NCBI GenBank assembly: GCA_050613775.1 | Contig: JBODTK010000013.1 | Location: forward strand, 1,302,001-1,366,000 | DNA from: Neocallimastix sp. 'constans' | Taxonomy: Eukaryota | Direction of reading: 5' to 3' | DNA length: 64,000 bases | Shown here: piece after piece, positions 1-18,138 of the stretch | How the letters are laid out: each line of letters begins with the position of its first letter | How positions within the stretch are numbered: the stretch's first letter is position 1 | Notes under the pieces: model-generated | What the model was told of the DNA's origin: nothing | What the model saw: only the letters and a program-made list of their open reading frames with translations | Database searches by the model: none | Program-made: the position numbers and the translations under genes

Positions 1-68
1 ATAAATAAAAATAGAAAAAAATAAAAAAAAAAAAAAAAAAGGAAAATAGATAAAATAATATATAAATA

Positions 69-353
69 TTATATGACATAAACATACTGAAGTGAAAAGA
101 ATTTTATAATAGCAAGAGATAAATTATTAACTTCTTCTTTCTCATTTAATTTTCTTAAAAATTTTGACGTCATCTCTTTATTAATAACATAACTTCTCAG
201 ATTTTTTATTGAAAAATAAAATATCTTTTCAGTAATACTTTTAAAATCAATATCCACTTTTTCATCCATTAAATTATCTAGCAAAGGCATATTATCCTTA
301 TTTATGAAAAGTTGAACAAGTGTTACATATGAGAAATGTTGAAATCCGTTACT

Positions 354-397
<44 letters not shown>

Positions 398-767
398 TAA
401 TATTATATATAATATATATTATTAATTAATACTATTATTATTATTATATTGGTATATTGTTTTATATGTATATATATATTAATAGTTTATACTATTTACT
501 TTTCATTAAAATTTTCAAATAAATTAATGACCGTCCATAATGTTTTTGACACTAATTTTGAATTATAAACATCATGTTCAGTAATTATTCTCCAAATTGC
601 TACTGATAATAAATCTGACAAAAGTCTAAATATATTAAAATTATATAAATTAATTGATTTAATATTTTTTTAATTAATTTTTATAATTTTTTAATAGATT
701 ATGGTTTTTTAATTTTTATAATTATAAAGTTTTTCATTAAATTCATTTGTAATATAAAAATAGAATT

Positions 768-808
<41 letters not shown>

Positions 809-2354
809 AAATATAGATATACAATTAATATATAGTATTTATAATAATATATATGCATATAAAATAAAATATAAATATATAATTAATATATAATATTAAC
901 ATAAATATTGAATACATATATTTATTACATATTATTGTAGGATAATTTTTTTAGATATGATTTGACATTTTTTCCTCCTAATTTCAATGAAAATAATAAA
1001 AATTTTGAGACTAATCGACATTCATTTAATTCATTTTTTACTGAAATTGCTGTATTTTTATCACTTTCATCAATAATAAACGCAAAAAATAATCTTGATA
1101 TAAATTTTATGAAAAGATTACATGAATGTTTACAAAGGTTTTCTATTCTTGCCTTTTATTCATTTTTTTTTTTTTTTACATTTTGATTTTTTGAGAATAA
1201 CAAAACAAATAGATAATATTAAAAATTTGTAAATATATTATTTTTTAGTTATACATTTTAAATTAAAATGTATACATATTTTTCCTTCTTTATTATTATT
1301 ATTATTATTATAATTATTATTATTATTATTATTATTATTTTAAATATAAATATAAAATATTGTAATTATACACTACTTGAATTATTTCATTTTCTTCTGG
1401 GAATAATGGTAAAGGATCATATTCGGATGATAATTCATGAATGCCAAAAATCCATTTTGTCAAATAATCGTTTATATTGTCTTCCTCATAATAACTTGGA
1501 GTAATTAGTTCAATAAATAAATTTAATATATTTTGTATTGTCTTTTGAATATATTTTTATATATACATTTATTTCATTTAATATTATTTAAAATAATTTT
1601 TTTTTAAAAAAAAAACAAGATAATAATATTATTAAAATTTAATATTAAGATACAGAGTTATATATTTATATACATGCATATATATTTGTACAATCATATA
1701 TTTAAGAATAAATATATAAATAACTACATATTTATACCTCACTTTCAATATCATAATAGTATTCTTCATCGAAAAATTGAGTAATTTTTCCAAAAAAGTT
1801 CTCATATTGTAAAAATTGATAATTATTTTTTATAATTTTTCTTTCAGATCTATATTAACATTTATTGGTAATTATTTAATTATTTATTATTTAGTTATTT
1901 TTTCATTAAAAATAAGATAAAATATTATAATATTAATAATAACAATTTATAACGACCTTTTCCATAAAAGAAAACTTAATTCATTTCTACAAGAACAATC
2001 AGGCTCATAAATGTTATTAATAATATCTACAAAATCATTTAGTGAATATAATATTTCATTTAACTCATCCTTTTTATTTTAATAGCAAAAGAAATATCAA
2101 AAAAAAAAAAAAAAAAAGAATTATTATTAATATATCATAATATTCAAATATTAATATTCCCCTTTATTTTTATTTCCATTTACTTAATGATATATTTTTA
2201 AAAAAAAAAAAAAAAAAAAAATTACATTGTCTTTTTTCTTTAATTCTTTCTTGATTAATAATTTTGTTTTTTGAGATAAGTTTATATATTCATATTCACA
2301 ATTATTGTTATTGACATTATTTTCTTTATTGTGACCTCGACTATTTTTGAGCAT
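69..2354 (-). CDS. Multi-exon hypothetical protein; probably continues beyond the left edge of the window
   Basis: Codon-like, GC-richer blocks at about 2226-2354 (MLKNSRGHNKENN...), 1957-2070 (DELNEILYSLNDFVDIINNIYEPDCSCRNELSF), 1738-1850, 1372-1510 (TPSYYEEDNINDYLTKWIFGIHELSSEYDPLPLFPEE), 930-1152, 500-626 and 69-352, mostly bounded by GT..AG. No recognisable domain. Confidence 0.55.
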
Positions 2355-2564
2355 TAGCAATATATTTTAATTTATAAAAAAAAATATATATATATATATA
2401 TAAATCTCTAAATATAATCAAAAAATTGATATTTTAATATATTGGTATATATATAATTGCTTTTATTATAAAAAATATATATTTATATGAAAATTAAAAA
2501 ATAAAAAAATGAAATTTAATTAACATAAAATTATTAAAAGATATATATATTAATAATAAAATTT

Positions 2565-2618
<54 letters not shown>

Positions 2619-3808
2619 TATATTTAATATCAAATATGATTTATATACATATAATTATAGAACAATTTAATATCTAAAAAAAAAAATTTTAAAACTTAAT
2701 TTTTGGTATTTTTGAAATTCTTGGAATTTTTGGAGTTTTTACAATAAATTTAATTATATAAAATAAAAGACCTACAATGATAATTTTTAATGATAAAAAA
2801 GAAAAAAGTACTGAGGCAATCATCATTGATAGTTATATAATAAAAAATTACAATTTAATTACATATTTATTATTGTATTTAATATTAACATTAAATAAAT
2901 ATATATATTAGATAATTTATTAATGAACAGAAGAATTATAAATAACCAAGTAAAAATATAAAAATATTTTAATTAAATTTTTAAAAATCAAAAAAAAAAA
3001 AAAAAAATCGGGAAATTTAAAATTGAAATTATATTAATTAAAGTTTTTAAATTCTTAAGAGTAGCACAATAAATTAAAATATTATAATATATCATATTTT
3101 TTAAATATTGAATCAAAAATAGAAACTAAATGTTAATTTTTTTTTTATATTATATAATTTATCCTTTAAAATAATTTATCTCTATTGATAAATTTTTACC
3201 TAATAGCTTACTATTAGGATAAGACTTGTTTACATATTTTTTTTTATTGGAATATTTTATTTCTTCATCTTTTAAAAGTTTAAAATTTTATATACACTAG
3301 ATCATTGTTTTTTTTTTATATTTCATAACAAAAATTTAATAATATAAGAAAAAAAATTTATTTAATAGTAATATAATATATTAATAAATTAAATTGCAAT
3401 TTTTTTTAAAATTATTTTTTTTTATATTTTTTATTTTTTTTTTTATATTTTTATATTTTTTGTTTTTTTGTTTTTTTGTTTTTTTGTTTTTGTTTTTTTT
3501 GTTTTTTATTTTTTTGTTTTTTGATTTTTATTATTTTTTATTATTTTTTTATTTTTTAAAGGCTATTTATTTATTATATATATTATTAATTAAATTATTA
3601 ACTTGTTTATTTATTTTTTTTTTTAATTAAATTTGCGCTTTATTTTATTATATAATAAAATTTATAAAAATTATAATTAATAAAGTAAAATAAAAAAAAA
3701 AAATAATACTAGATTTTTATCATTGCTAAAATTATTTTTGAATGGATTATTCTTTTAAATTTTAATTTTTAATTTAATAATAAATTAATAATATTAATTA
3801 GATATATT

Positions 3809-5042
3809 TTATGATCGTAGTTCTTCATTCTTTTTTCTTAATTGTTCAATTTCTATTAATAATTGATCATTCATCTTCTTTTTATTTTCTAATTCAGTTC
3901 TAATACTTATATTTTCTTTTTGTAATCCTTCAACTTCGTTCATTAAGCTCTGGATTTGATCATTTAATGTATTCTATAAATTTTATTTTATAAATAATCA
4001 TATTAGTACATTATTAAATATTAAATATATATCACTACTTATTCTATACAATATTATGTATAAAATAATACTTACGATAGTATCAAGTATATTTGGTGCA
4101 CTAATAATTAATAAATAGAAGATAAAAAAAAAAAAAAAAAAAAAAAAAAATATTTATATATATATATAGTAAAATTAGTATGAATTAATCGTTAGAAAAA
4201 AAAATTTTTTAATTCAAATTACTTTTGGTTAGTATCCTGTGAGTTTTTCTGTTTAACATTTAATGATGACATTAATTCATTCAAAATATAGAACTGTCGT
4301 TCTGATTGTTTTAACATAAGATCTAAGCGTTCATTAATTTGTTTTTGACTGTCACTACCACCTAATTTTATATTATAAATAAATAATATATTTAAGTTTG
4401 ATTTATAATTTTAATAATTCAATAACTATTTAATTATATCTATTAATGTATTATACCTGGTTGTGCTGAGTTTACTTCATAAAATCTTCCATGTTTAACA
4501 GTATCATTGATGGATATAGTTGGTGAAGCTTGTACTTCAAATCTTCCCTTTTTTTCTATAAAATTATATATATATATATATATATATATTTATTAATTTA
4601 TTTATTTTATTATATAAAACATATATGTTATAAATAAATTTATATTATATATATATATATAATTCATTTGATAATAATTTATTCAATTATTTACCTCCTC
4701 CTTCTAAAACCTCAACTGAACCACGATTTTCGGTAGAAATATTTTCAAGTAAACTAAATCTACCTTTCTTAATTTCAGTATTTTGGGTAGAAGCAGTAGC
4801 AGGTGTTGATTCACAAGTAGAATTAAGATTACTTAATGAAGTATTAATATTTTCTGAATCTATTATAAATCTACCTTTTCTTGGTAAAGAATTAATTGTA
4901 GTAGTAGTAGTAGTATCTATTTTGTTTACTATATTTTATAAAATATTTTTAACATATATATATTATTAATTTATAATAATCTTTATATTAAATATAATAT
5001 ATTCTAATACTTATGAAATTAAATTAATATAGATATGTAATG

Positions 5043-5095
<53 letters not shown>

Positions 5096-5611
5096 AGAGA
5101 AATATTTACTTGTATTATTATTATTTTGTTCTTCATTAAATTTAACCATTTTGGAATTTATCTGCTCATTTGAATTACCTGGTGATATTTGTTTTGAGGT
5201 ATTATTCGTTATTTTAGAAACTGATCCAGTTGAATTTATTGTATTTTCTTCTTTTGGTAAATCATCATTAACGCTTGAATCATTATCAAAATCCCATGAA
5301 ATTCCTTTTTCATGGCTAACCTTTGGTTGGGGAGTTTCTTTTATAATTTAAATATAAATATTATTTTAAAAAATATAATAATAAATATTATATAAAACTA
5401 TTTTTTTTTTTTTTTTTTTTTTTTTAATTATATCAATAAACTTACTTTTTATATGAGTAATTTGAGTTAATGGAGGTATATCACGTAAAATAGTTGATAC
5501 TAAATAAGACTTCTTTTTAGCTTGTTTAAAAAATGGATGTTGAAGTAATTTTTCAGATGTTGGACTAATTTAAAAATAAACAATAATAAATAATAAATAA
5601 TAAATAATAAA

Positions 5612-5642
<31 letters not shown>

Positions 5643-6053
5643 TTAGTAAATAAAATAAAATATATAATAATATTACAATATAATGTGTAATAAAGATAAT
5701 ATATATCAAATATTCATATAGTATTAAGATATAGTTTATGATATAATATAAATATTTTATAATATTTTTATACAATTTATAAATCTTAGTATTAATTTTA
5801 TCATTATATTTAATTATCATTTTTTACTTACCGTTTTGTTGGATCTTTTACTAAGCAAGAATCAATCATTTCCTTAAATGTTTTAGTAAATTTATGACTC
5901 GCTTGATCTCTATCCAAAGTTGGTGGTTCTTTTTGTAAAGTTAACATTAAGACCTTATAATGAAGATTTTAATTAATTATTTATTTATTTAATTTTATTT
6001 ATTTATTAATTTATTTATTAATTAATTTATTTATTTATTTATTTATTTATTTA

Positions 6054-6084
<31 letters not shown>

Positions 6085-6472
6085 CCTTGATTGGAGGGTA
6101 TTTAGCAAATGGAGCATGACCAGTAGCTAATTCTAAAGCTGTAATACCAAAACTCCAAATATCAGCTTTATAATCATAACCTGATTGCTCCATTACTTCT
6201 GGAGCCATCCAGCAGGGAGTACCAACAAACGTTTTACGATAACCTTTACGTTCACCTGTTTCCATTAATGAAGAACTAACACCAAAATCACCCAAACGAA
6301 CTAAACCATCCTCATTGATTAACAAATTACCAGCTTTGACATCACGATGAATTAATTTACTTTTATGAAGATAGTCCAAGCCTTGTAAGGCTTGTTTTAA
6401 AATTGTAGCAATAACTAATTCCTCAAAACCATCTGGATAAGCATATTTCATTAAATTTAAGCATGAACCTAA

Positions 6473-6536
<64 letters not shown>

Positions 6537-7095
6537 GAGTAATAATATAATAATATTTTTTATTAATATTAAATGCTAATATAAATTTTGACACTAAAAT
6601 TTTAATCTATTTTATATATTATATTGAATGTTATCTTTTATATTATTATACGATATTAATCAATTTTAAATATTGATATCATATATACAATAAAAATATT
6701 AAATAATTATTACCTGCAGATAAGTATGGTGTAACAATATATAACTTTGATCCATTAACAAAAGAACCAAAAACAGGTAAAAGATTTGGATGTCTGCATA
6801 GATTCATATTTTGGATTTCTCTCTTTTTATTTATAAAACATAGCATGATTAGAAAAATAAAATAATTATAATAATTATATAATATAAAATTTATTTTTTA
6901 TATATAAATATATATTTTATAATCAATTACTATAAATATTTATAATTTAAATATTTATACTTTAACGTACTCTTAATTCATCAATTTGATTGCGTTCAAA
7001 TTGATCTAAATCAATCATTTTAATAGCAACATTTTTGTTTAATGGTTTATAATTAGCTATATATACAACTGCAGATGAACCATAACCTAGAGAGA

Positions 7096-7128
<33 letters not shown>

Positions 7129-7208
7129 ATAAATATAAAATATTTATTTTTACATATTAAATTATAAAATATTAATACTTGAAATAAATTCAATATATAT
7201 TATTAAAA

Positions 7209-7263
<55 letters not shown>

Positions 7264-7344
7264 AATATAATAATTTTATAATTATCATAGTTATTTATTT
7301 ATATAATTAGATTAAAATGTATTTATAAAAAATAATTAATATAA

Positions 7345-7376
<32 letters not shown>

Positions 7377-7689
7377 TACCAATTGGATTTCCTATTTCAT
7401 AATCAGTAGTATTCATAGAATATTGAACTTCTTCTACTGGAGAGTCTCCACTACCACTACTTCCACTCCTATCGACAGCGGGTGAAGAAACAATAGAATG
7501 AACAGAATGACTTGAACTCTTACGAATCATGGTTGGTGAAAATTTTGCTTCAATAGCAGCACTGGTACGTTCTACAAAAGAAGCCTTACGACGACTTGGT
7601 GAAGGAGAATTGACATTAACTAAAGAATTCTTTCTACTACCGATTACTGGAGAAACGGTAGTAGATTTATTTAAAGGTATACTAGACAT
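3809..7689 (-). CDS. STE20-family Ser/Thr kinase, OSR1/SPAK/Fray-like (GCK-VI), spliced, with C-terminal coiled coil
   Basis: ATG at 7689 (MSSIPLNK). Exons give [94 protein letters not shown] and [12 protein letters not shown], which are typical of OSR1/SPAK. Last exon ends ...[11 protein letters not shown] at 3809-3811. Confidence 0.9.
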
Positions 7690-8816
7690 CTATTCTTTTT
7701 TTTTTATTTAATTATTAATTATTAATTTTCCCATTATGAAATTTTATAATAAAATAATATTTACATTATTTTATATTTATAATTTAATATAATTTAAAAG
7801 ATAAGTTAAGTTAAATTAAAATAAAGATAATAAAATAAAATTTTAAAATTTTTAAATTTTTAAATTTTTAAATTTATAATTTTAATAGTATATAATATAT
7901 TACTTTTGCCTTTGTCTTTTTTACGTCTATAATTAATATTATAAAATTTTGTGATATATTTTATTTTGATTCCCTTTTAGTTTTATTTCTTGTGAAATTA
8001 TTTGGATTTTATATTAATAAAATATATTTATTTTGAACATAAAATTTTAATAAAAAAAATATGATTTTATTTAAAATATAAAAAATAAAAAGTATTAAAA
8101 TATTTAATAAATATATATTTATATATTCGTATTAAAACTATTAGTAATTTAAAATATATGAAATTTTATTTAATAATATAAAAAAAATAAAAAAAAATAA
8201 AATATATATATATATTGATAAATTATATTATTTTAATTATTTTCTCAGGTATTAGTTATTATAACTTTATGCATTGTGTATTTTTTCTATATAATAAATA
8301 ATTTATAAAAATATCATCTATAAACAATTATGTCAAACTTTGGGATTTAATGAAATGGCTTATCCATTATAAAAAAATAAATATTATAATATTCATGTGG
8401 TAAAAAATTATTCATTTGTTCATTTATTTTTGCTGACCACGATAATAATACCTTATTATGTTTTTTTTTTTTTTTTTGAAAAAAAAAAAAAAAAAATGAA
8501 ATTCTATACTGAAAGAAAAAAAAAAAGATTTCTTATGATTTATATTAATGTATCAATGTATAATTATATATAAGCCACTAAATAAACAATATATATCAAA
8601 TTTTGATTTTAATTTTATTTAATAATAATTGATGCCACTTTTTTATAATCTTTTTTTTTTTTATTATAATTCTTATTGTCGTTATTGTTATTATTATTTT
8701 TTATTAATTTAATTCATTTATAATTAATTTTTAATCTTTCTATACAAAAGATTAAAAGGTATTCATTATACTAAAATATTTAGTATAAATAAAAATCTTG
8801 ATATTATTATTATTAT

Positions 8817-8868
8817 TATTAGAATTAGAATTAGAATTAGAATTAGAATTAGAATTAGAATTAGAATT
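8817..8868. repeat. (TTAGAA)n hexamer microsatellite, about 8 copies
   Basis: Visible tandem ATTAGA/TTAGAA run. Confidence 0.9.
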
Positions 8869-10509
8869 ACATTTAAATTGATAAAAATATATTACAACAA
8901 CTTATTTTGTTCTTTGTCTTTAGTCTTATGTTTTATTTTAGTTTTGTTTTGTTGTTGTTTTTTGCTGTTGTTTTTTAATAATATATTATATATAATACAA
9001 AATTCTATCAAAAAAAAAATGAAATTCAAAATTTAGCAAATTAAACAAAAAAAAAAAAAAAAGTATATAACATAAACAAATAATATAGTTAATTTTACGT
9101 TGTATGTTCGTATATTTTCTTATTTATTTCTTATATAATTTTTTATTGTTTATTATATAATTATTTACTGGACGATTATATTTTTTTTCTTACTTCACCC
9201 TTTTGAATATATACTTATAATTATTATTTAAAATTTTATTATTTGATATTTTTTTTTTTACTATATTTCTAAACACACAAAGAAAACATTTAATTTATAA
9301 AATATATATTTAATGTTATTCCATTTTTATTATCAATATTATTAATTTTTATATGCATACAAATATCAACGGATAAAAAATAAAGCTGTTTTCATTATAC
9401 AAAAAAAAAAATTTATCTTATTTATTATAATTTGCTTATTATGTCAATATATTTTAATTTTTAAAAATGATTATCAAAAAAAATTTATATATATTAAATT
9501 TTATTTAAAATAAAGTTATTCAAGTAATCATTATATAATAAGTTATATATTTATATATATTTTATTTTTTTTTTTTTTTTTTTTATATCGCAGTAAAAGT
9601 AATCACATAATATTATAAAGTAATTAAATATTATTACATATTTTATCATCATCAAGAATACTATTAGTATATTTTCATTTACTTATAAACTAATACAAAT
9701 ACTAATAATTAGCAATTAGTAAATTCATTAAATAATAATTTATTAAATTCATTTATCATTAAATAATTTATTAATATACTAAATAAATATAATTAAACAT
9801 AATTTAATGTTTTTTTAAAATGTATAATAAATATCAATAAATTTTTTTTTTTTTTTAATTTAAAAAATATATACAATAATAAATTATGAATGGATAAAAA
9901 AAAAATCAGAAATACTATTTAAATAAAATAAAAAAAAAAAAAAAAAAAAGTTTTTATATTTTAAAATTATTATTAGCAAATAACCTTATTAAATTAATAT
10001 AAGTTTTACAAAAAATGAAAAAAAAATACTAATAATAATAATAATTATAGAAATTTTAAATAATGAAATTAATACTTTTTATTATAATTAATAAATAATT
10101 ACTTCTTAATATTAAAAAAAAAAAAGTGTTTTTTGTTATTTCTATTTTTGTAAAAATTAAAAACTTATTATTTCTAGTAATATTATTAATAATTATTATT
10201 AGCTATTAAATGGATTTTTATTAATGAATCATAGCATATATAAAATATTAAAATGTAATTAAATATATATAAAAAAACGTAGATCAATAATTGACATTTA
10301 TAAATATATTTTTAATAATGAATACTAATAATTTGATGTATATGAACATTTTTAAAAAATGAAAAAAAAGTATATACATTTTTTAACCTGAATCTAATAT
10401 CATAAAATATCATAAAATTGCTGATGAATAACTAGTTAAATTCAAATAATAAATAATATATATATATATGTTTTTTTCTATTAAATATTAACATATATTC
10501 ATAAAAATG

Positions 10510-10540
<31 letters not shown>

Positions 10541-11223
10541 TTTTTATTTTTTATTTTGTATATTTTATATTTTATATTTTATATTTTATATTTTATATTT
10601 TATATTTTATATTTTATATTTTATTTTTCATACTTTATATTTTATTTTTCATTTTTATTTTTTATTTTTTACCTTTTATCTTTTATATTTTATTTTTTTT
10701 TTTATTAAAATTATTACTTTTTTATTTTTTTTTATTTTTATTTATTTATTATTTATTTATTTATTTACTTATTTATTTTTTTATTTATTTTCATTTATAT
10801 ATTTATTTATTTTTATTTTTTTTTTACTTTTTTTATTTATTAAATTATTTTGTTTTATTTTGATTTTTTTTATATGGTTATCATATATTTTATTATTATT
10901 AATTTTCTTATTTATAGACATTTTTTTCATTATTAAATTTAAGATAAAACATATTTTTTTTAAAAAAAAAAAAAAAATAAAATAAAATAAAATAAAGATA
11001 AAAAAATAGATATTATAACAGATAATTTGTATATATATTATAAATATATAGTTAAAATTATTAAAATAAAATTGTTAAAAAAAAAATCTATAATTTAAAA
11101 GTTAATGGTGATGATAATTTAATGCTATTAATAGTTATATATTTAAAAAAAAAAAAAAAGTTAATAATTTATTAATTTTTTTAAAAAATAAATATATATA
11201 TATATATTCAATAAATATAAATA

Positions 11224-14411
<3,188 letters not shown>

Positions 14412-14816
14412 TTTATTTTATATTTATAATTTTAACTTAATTTTACAAATTATTGATTAATAAATATATTTTTATTAGTATTTCTTGTTTTGTTTTGTTT
14501 TGTTTTTGGTTTATATTTTTTTATCGTTCTTTTTTTTAAAAAAAATTTAATATAATAAATTAAAATATATTAATATATTGCAATTTTATTATATGTACTG
14601 AAAGAATAATAATAAAGATAAAATATTTTTAAATTATTGTGTAATTTTATTTTAAACTTTTTTAAATATATATATATATATATGTATAAAAGTATATAAA
14701 AAATATTATATTAGCTTTAAATAAAAGTAATAATTAGAAAAAAAAAATAAAATAAAATAAATAATCAAAACATCAAGAACTCTTCAAATTATTTTTTTTT
14801 ATCTCTCTCTCTTTTA

Positions 14817-14858
<42 letters not shown>

Positions 14859-15625
14859 AAATTTTATATATTTTGATATTTTGATATATATATAAATATA
14901 AAAATAAAATTTAATTTATTAAAAATATATATTTTTTATTTTTAGTGTTTTATATATAATATCAATCTGAATTAAATATTGCTATTTGTAGTGTTTTCTA
15001 TAAAATATTAATCTGAATTAAATATTGTTAATTTATTTATTGTATTTTTATTCTTTTTTAATTGAATTTTATAGATATAATATTTCTTGATTCGAGAAAT
15101 TTAATTGTTTTTATTATTTCTCTATTTTTAATATCCAAAAAATTATATTAATTTTTTTAATGATTTCTAAATAAAATAAGTGCATTATTTATTAAAATTT
15201 TATTGACTTTAATTGTAAATATACTATATTTAATTATTTATATCAATTTTTAATTTAGACATAAGAACAAACATGAATATATTATAGTAGCAAATTCTCT
15301 CCTTTAGATAAATAAGATAAAAATCCTTAATTACTTCTTTGATATATAATATGTACAATTATTCTTAATGTTTATCTAAATATATTAACTTTTTATTTCT
15401 TAATATAATATTTCAGCAAATAATAATAAAAGTATGTTTGTTTTTGTTTTTGTGTTTGTGTTTGTTATTTTGATGGTGTTATTTATAAAATAATTAAACT
15501 TTATTGTTATTTACTTGTTATTTACATTTTATTTACTACTTTACTTAATTTTATTTTATTTTATCTTTAGTAATTTTATTATTTCTTTATACATTCATTA
15601 ATAACAATTTTCAAATAATATCTTC

Positions 15626-15672
<47 letters not shown>

Positions 15673-17431
15673 AAAAGAAAAAAAAATTACATTATTTAGT
15701 TTTATTCTAAATATATTTATAACTGATATTTACATAAATAAAATAAAGTACTTTTTATTAGTTCTTTCTATTATTTTCTTAAAAAATATATTGTCTATAT
15801 TATTTATTTTTCATTTAATATATATTATTATTTAGTTATTGCCCTGATGTATCTATTATATTATTTTGAATCTTTATTCATAATTTTGAGATTAAAAATG
15901 GGATTTAAAATTTAAAAAAGGAAATTACTATAAAAAATTAAATAATAATAATCTTTTTTAAATTATTAATTTAAAAACAATAACTTTAAGATAATAATAA
16001 TATATATTACGATAAAGAAAAAATAATAAATAAAGGTCAATTATATAATTTATAAGAAATAATTAAAATAATTGAACCGATTTATTTAAATATACTTTTT
16101 TTGATTTTAAAAAATAAAAATATATATATATATGATTAAAAAATTTATAATAAATTTTAATATTTTTATTAACAATATAAACAGGTAATTAAAATAAATT
16201 TTATATTTTCTATATTTTATTATATTATTATTAAATTTTAAATAAATAAAATTAATTATATTGATTATGGTAATAATCATAATCAAATATGCTATATTAT
16301 TAATAAATTTATTTATTTATTAATTAATTTATTTATTTATTTATTTTATTAAATTTGGTATTTTATATTCATTTATTTTAATATTATATAATATACTTTA
16401 TATAAGCCAAATTATACTGCAATTTGTCATAATTATTATGATAATAATTATATTAATAATAGCACGAAACCTTGCACAAAAAAAAGAATTATTTAGTAAT
16501 TAAAAATAGTGTAGAATTTATTTAATAACATAACTATAAAACTAAAAAAGAAAAAAAAATATTAATCAATAATTCTAATTATTATACTTTTTTATATGCT
16601 AAAATTGACCTTGACTCTATTTAATATAGATAATTATAATAACGATTAAATACTACTTATTTATTCGCTATTAAATTAATTTTAAAATATATTAATTTAT
16701 TACTCTATAGTATTCTAATATATTATTATATTATATTACTATTTGATAGCTTAATTTATTTCAATAATATAAACATAAAATAAATAACAAATAAAATTGG
16801 TTAAATAATTAAATAATATAGAATATTAAAGTTTATACTTTTCAAATATTAATTTATATATTTAATATGATTAAAATATTTCATTAATTTTTTTGGAATT
16901 GATTAAATATATATATAATTTATAAAAAATATATTGATTATTTATATTTATTCATATATATTATTTATATTATTTATAATATTATTAATATATATAATTA
17001 TTACATTGTTAGAAAGAATAATGTAAATGTAACGTAACAATGTTTTATTTTCGTACATTTGAATAAATAATTTTTATAAAAATTTTAAAAGATATTAAAA
17101 TCTATGAACTATTGCATTTGATTTAAAACTTCATTTATTTAATATGATTTAAAATGATAAAATGATATATATTTGGTACTATTATGCTGATTAAATAAAT
17201 TTATTTTACCTAAAAAGGTAAATTATTATATAATTATAAACAATAATATATTAATTATATAGTTAAAATATATAAATGTTTTATTACATATTAATTTATA
17301 ATTTAAATATTTAATATGAATTATTGTTTATTATTTATTATTAATATTATCACTTATATTTATTTATTATTTATTATTTTTTATTTATTATTTAATATTT
17401 ATTATTTATTATTTATACTTTTTATTAGTTA

Positions 17432-17595
17432 TCAATAGTTAAATCTAATCCTCACTATTAATAATCTAACCTATAGAATATCTAATATATATTGTAATAT
17501 CGTAAGACAAGAATCAATAGTTAAATCTAATCCTCACTATTAATAATCTAACCTATAGAATATCTAATATATATTGTAATATCGTAAGACAAGAA
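17432..17595. repeat. Two-copy tandem duplication, 82-bp unit
   Basis: TCAATAGTTAAATCTAATCCTCAC...GTAAGACAAGAA starts at 17432 and again at 17514. Confidence 0.9.
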
Positions 17596-17874
17596 AATTT
17601 AAGTTTTTATTTTTTATTTAATATTTAATAAAAAAAATTCATTTTTTTTTATTTTAAAAAAAAAAAAGAGTTTTTTTATATAATCAAAAATTTAAAAATT
17701 ATTATCTTTATATGTCTTTTATGAATTAAATTCCTTCTGAAATATTTATATTTAATAATATTTTTGTGTCAATTTCTTATTAAAGTTATAATTTTAAAAA
17801 TAATAAAAATTAATATTAAATTTCTATTTAATATTGCTTTTGTGGTTTAAAAAACAAATTAATTTTTTTTTAAT

Positions 17875-18138
17875 TCCTGTGCGTACCGCTTTTGATTTCA
17901 GCCCCCCTCAAGAGCAGTGGGAATATTATTAAAGTAGTAATACACTTCCTTTTTATAAAGACAGAATTGTACCTAATGGACGATTTTACCAAGTGTTTTA
18001 ACATTGGCGCTTTGACATTATTATTATTATTACTGAGAATTTTATTAGTACTACTTCTCCAGTTTGTAATACTCCTTTGAAATGAGGCCAATATAGCCTA
18101 ATTCATACAGTTTCGTATTAGCTCCCTGGTTCTACTTT
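17875..18138 (-). ncRNA. Candidate snR30/U17-like box H/ACA snoRNA
   Basis: Isolated GC-richer island. On the minus strand: nested 5' hairpin (CCAG/CTGG, TAATAC/GTATTA, AGGCTA/TGGCCT), ANANNA box AAAGGA, 3' hairpin containing ATATTCCCA (m1-like) and GAAATCAA (m2-like), then ACA + GGA. The m2-to-ACA spacing is longer than canonical. Confidence 0.5.

Noticed and set aside
3394..3630. ORFs rich in F/L/I/Y (also 10507-10863, 26593-26797, 28433-28660, 33831-34079, 35835-36080, 61036-61224)
   Set aside because: They are translations of poly-T, (AAT)n or (AAAAAT)n low-complexity DNA, not genes.
8817..8868. (TTAGAA)n as an interstitial telomere
   Set aside because: It is not TTAGGG and is indistinguishable from other AT-rich microsatellites here.
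17870..18091. 73-aa and 62-aa ORFs over the GC island
   Set aside because: Both start at TTG and have no recognisable motif; RNA structure explains the island better.
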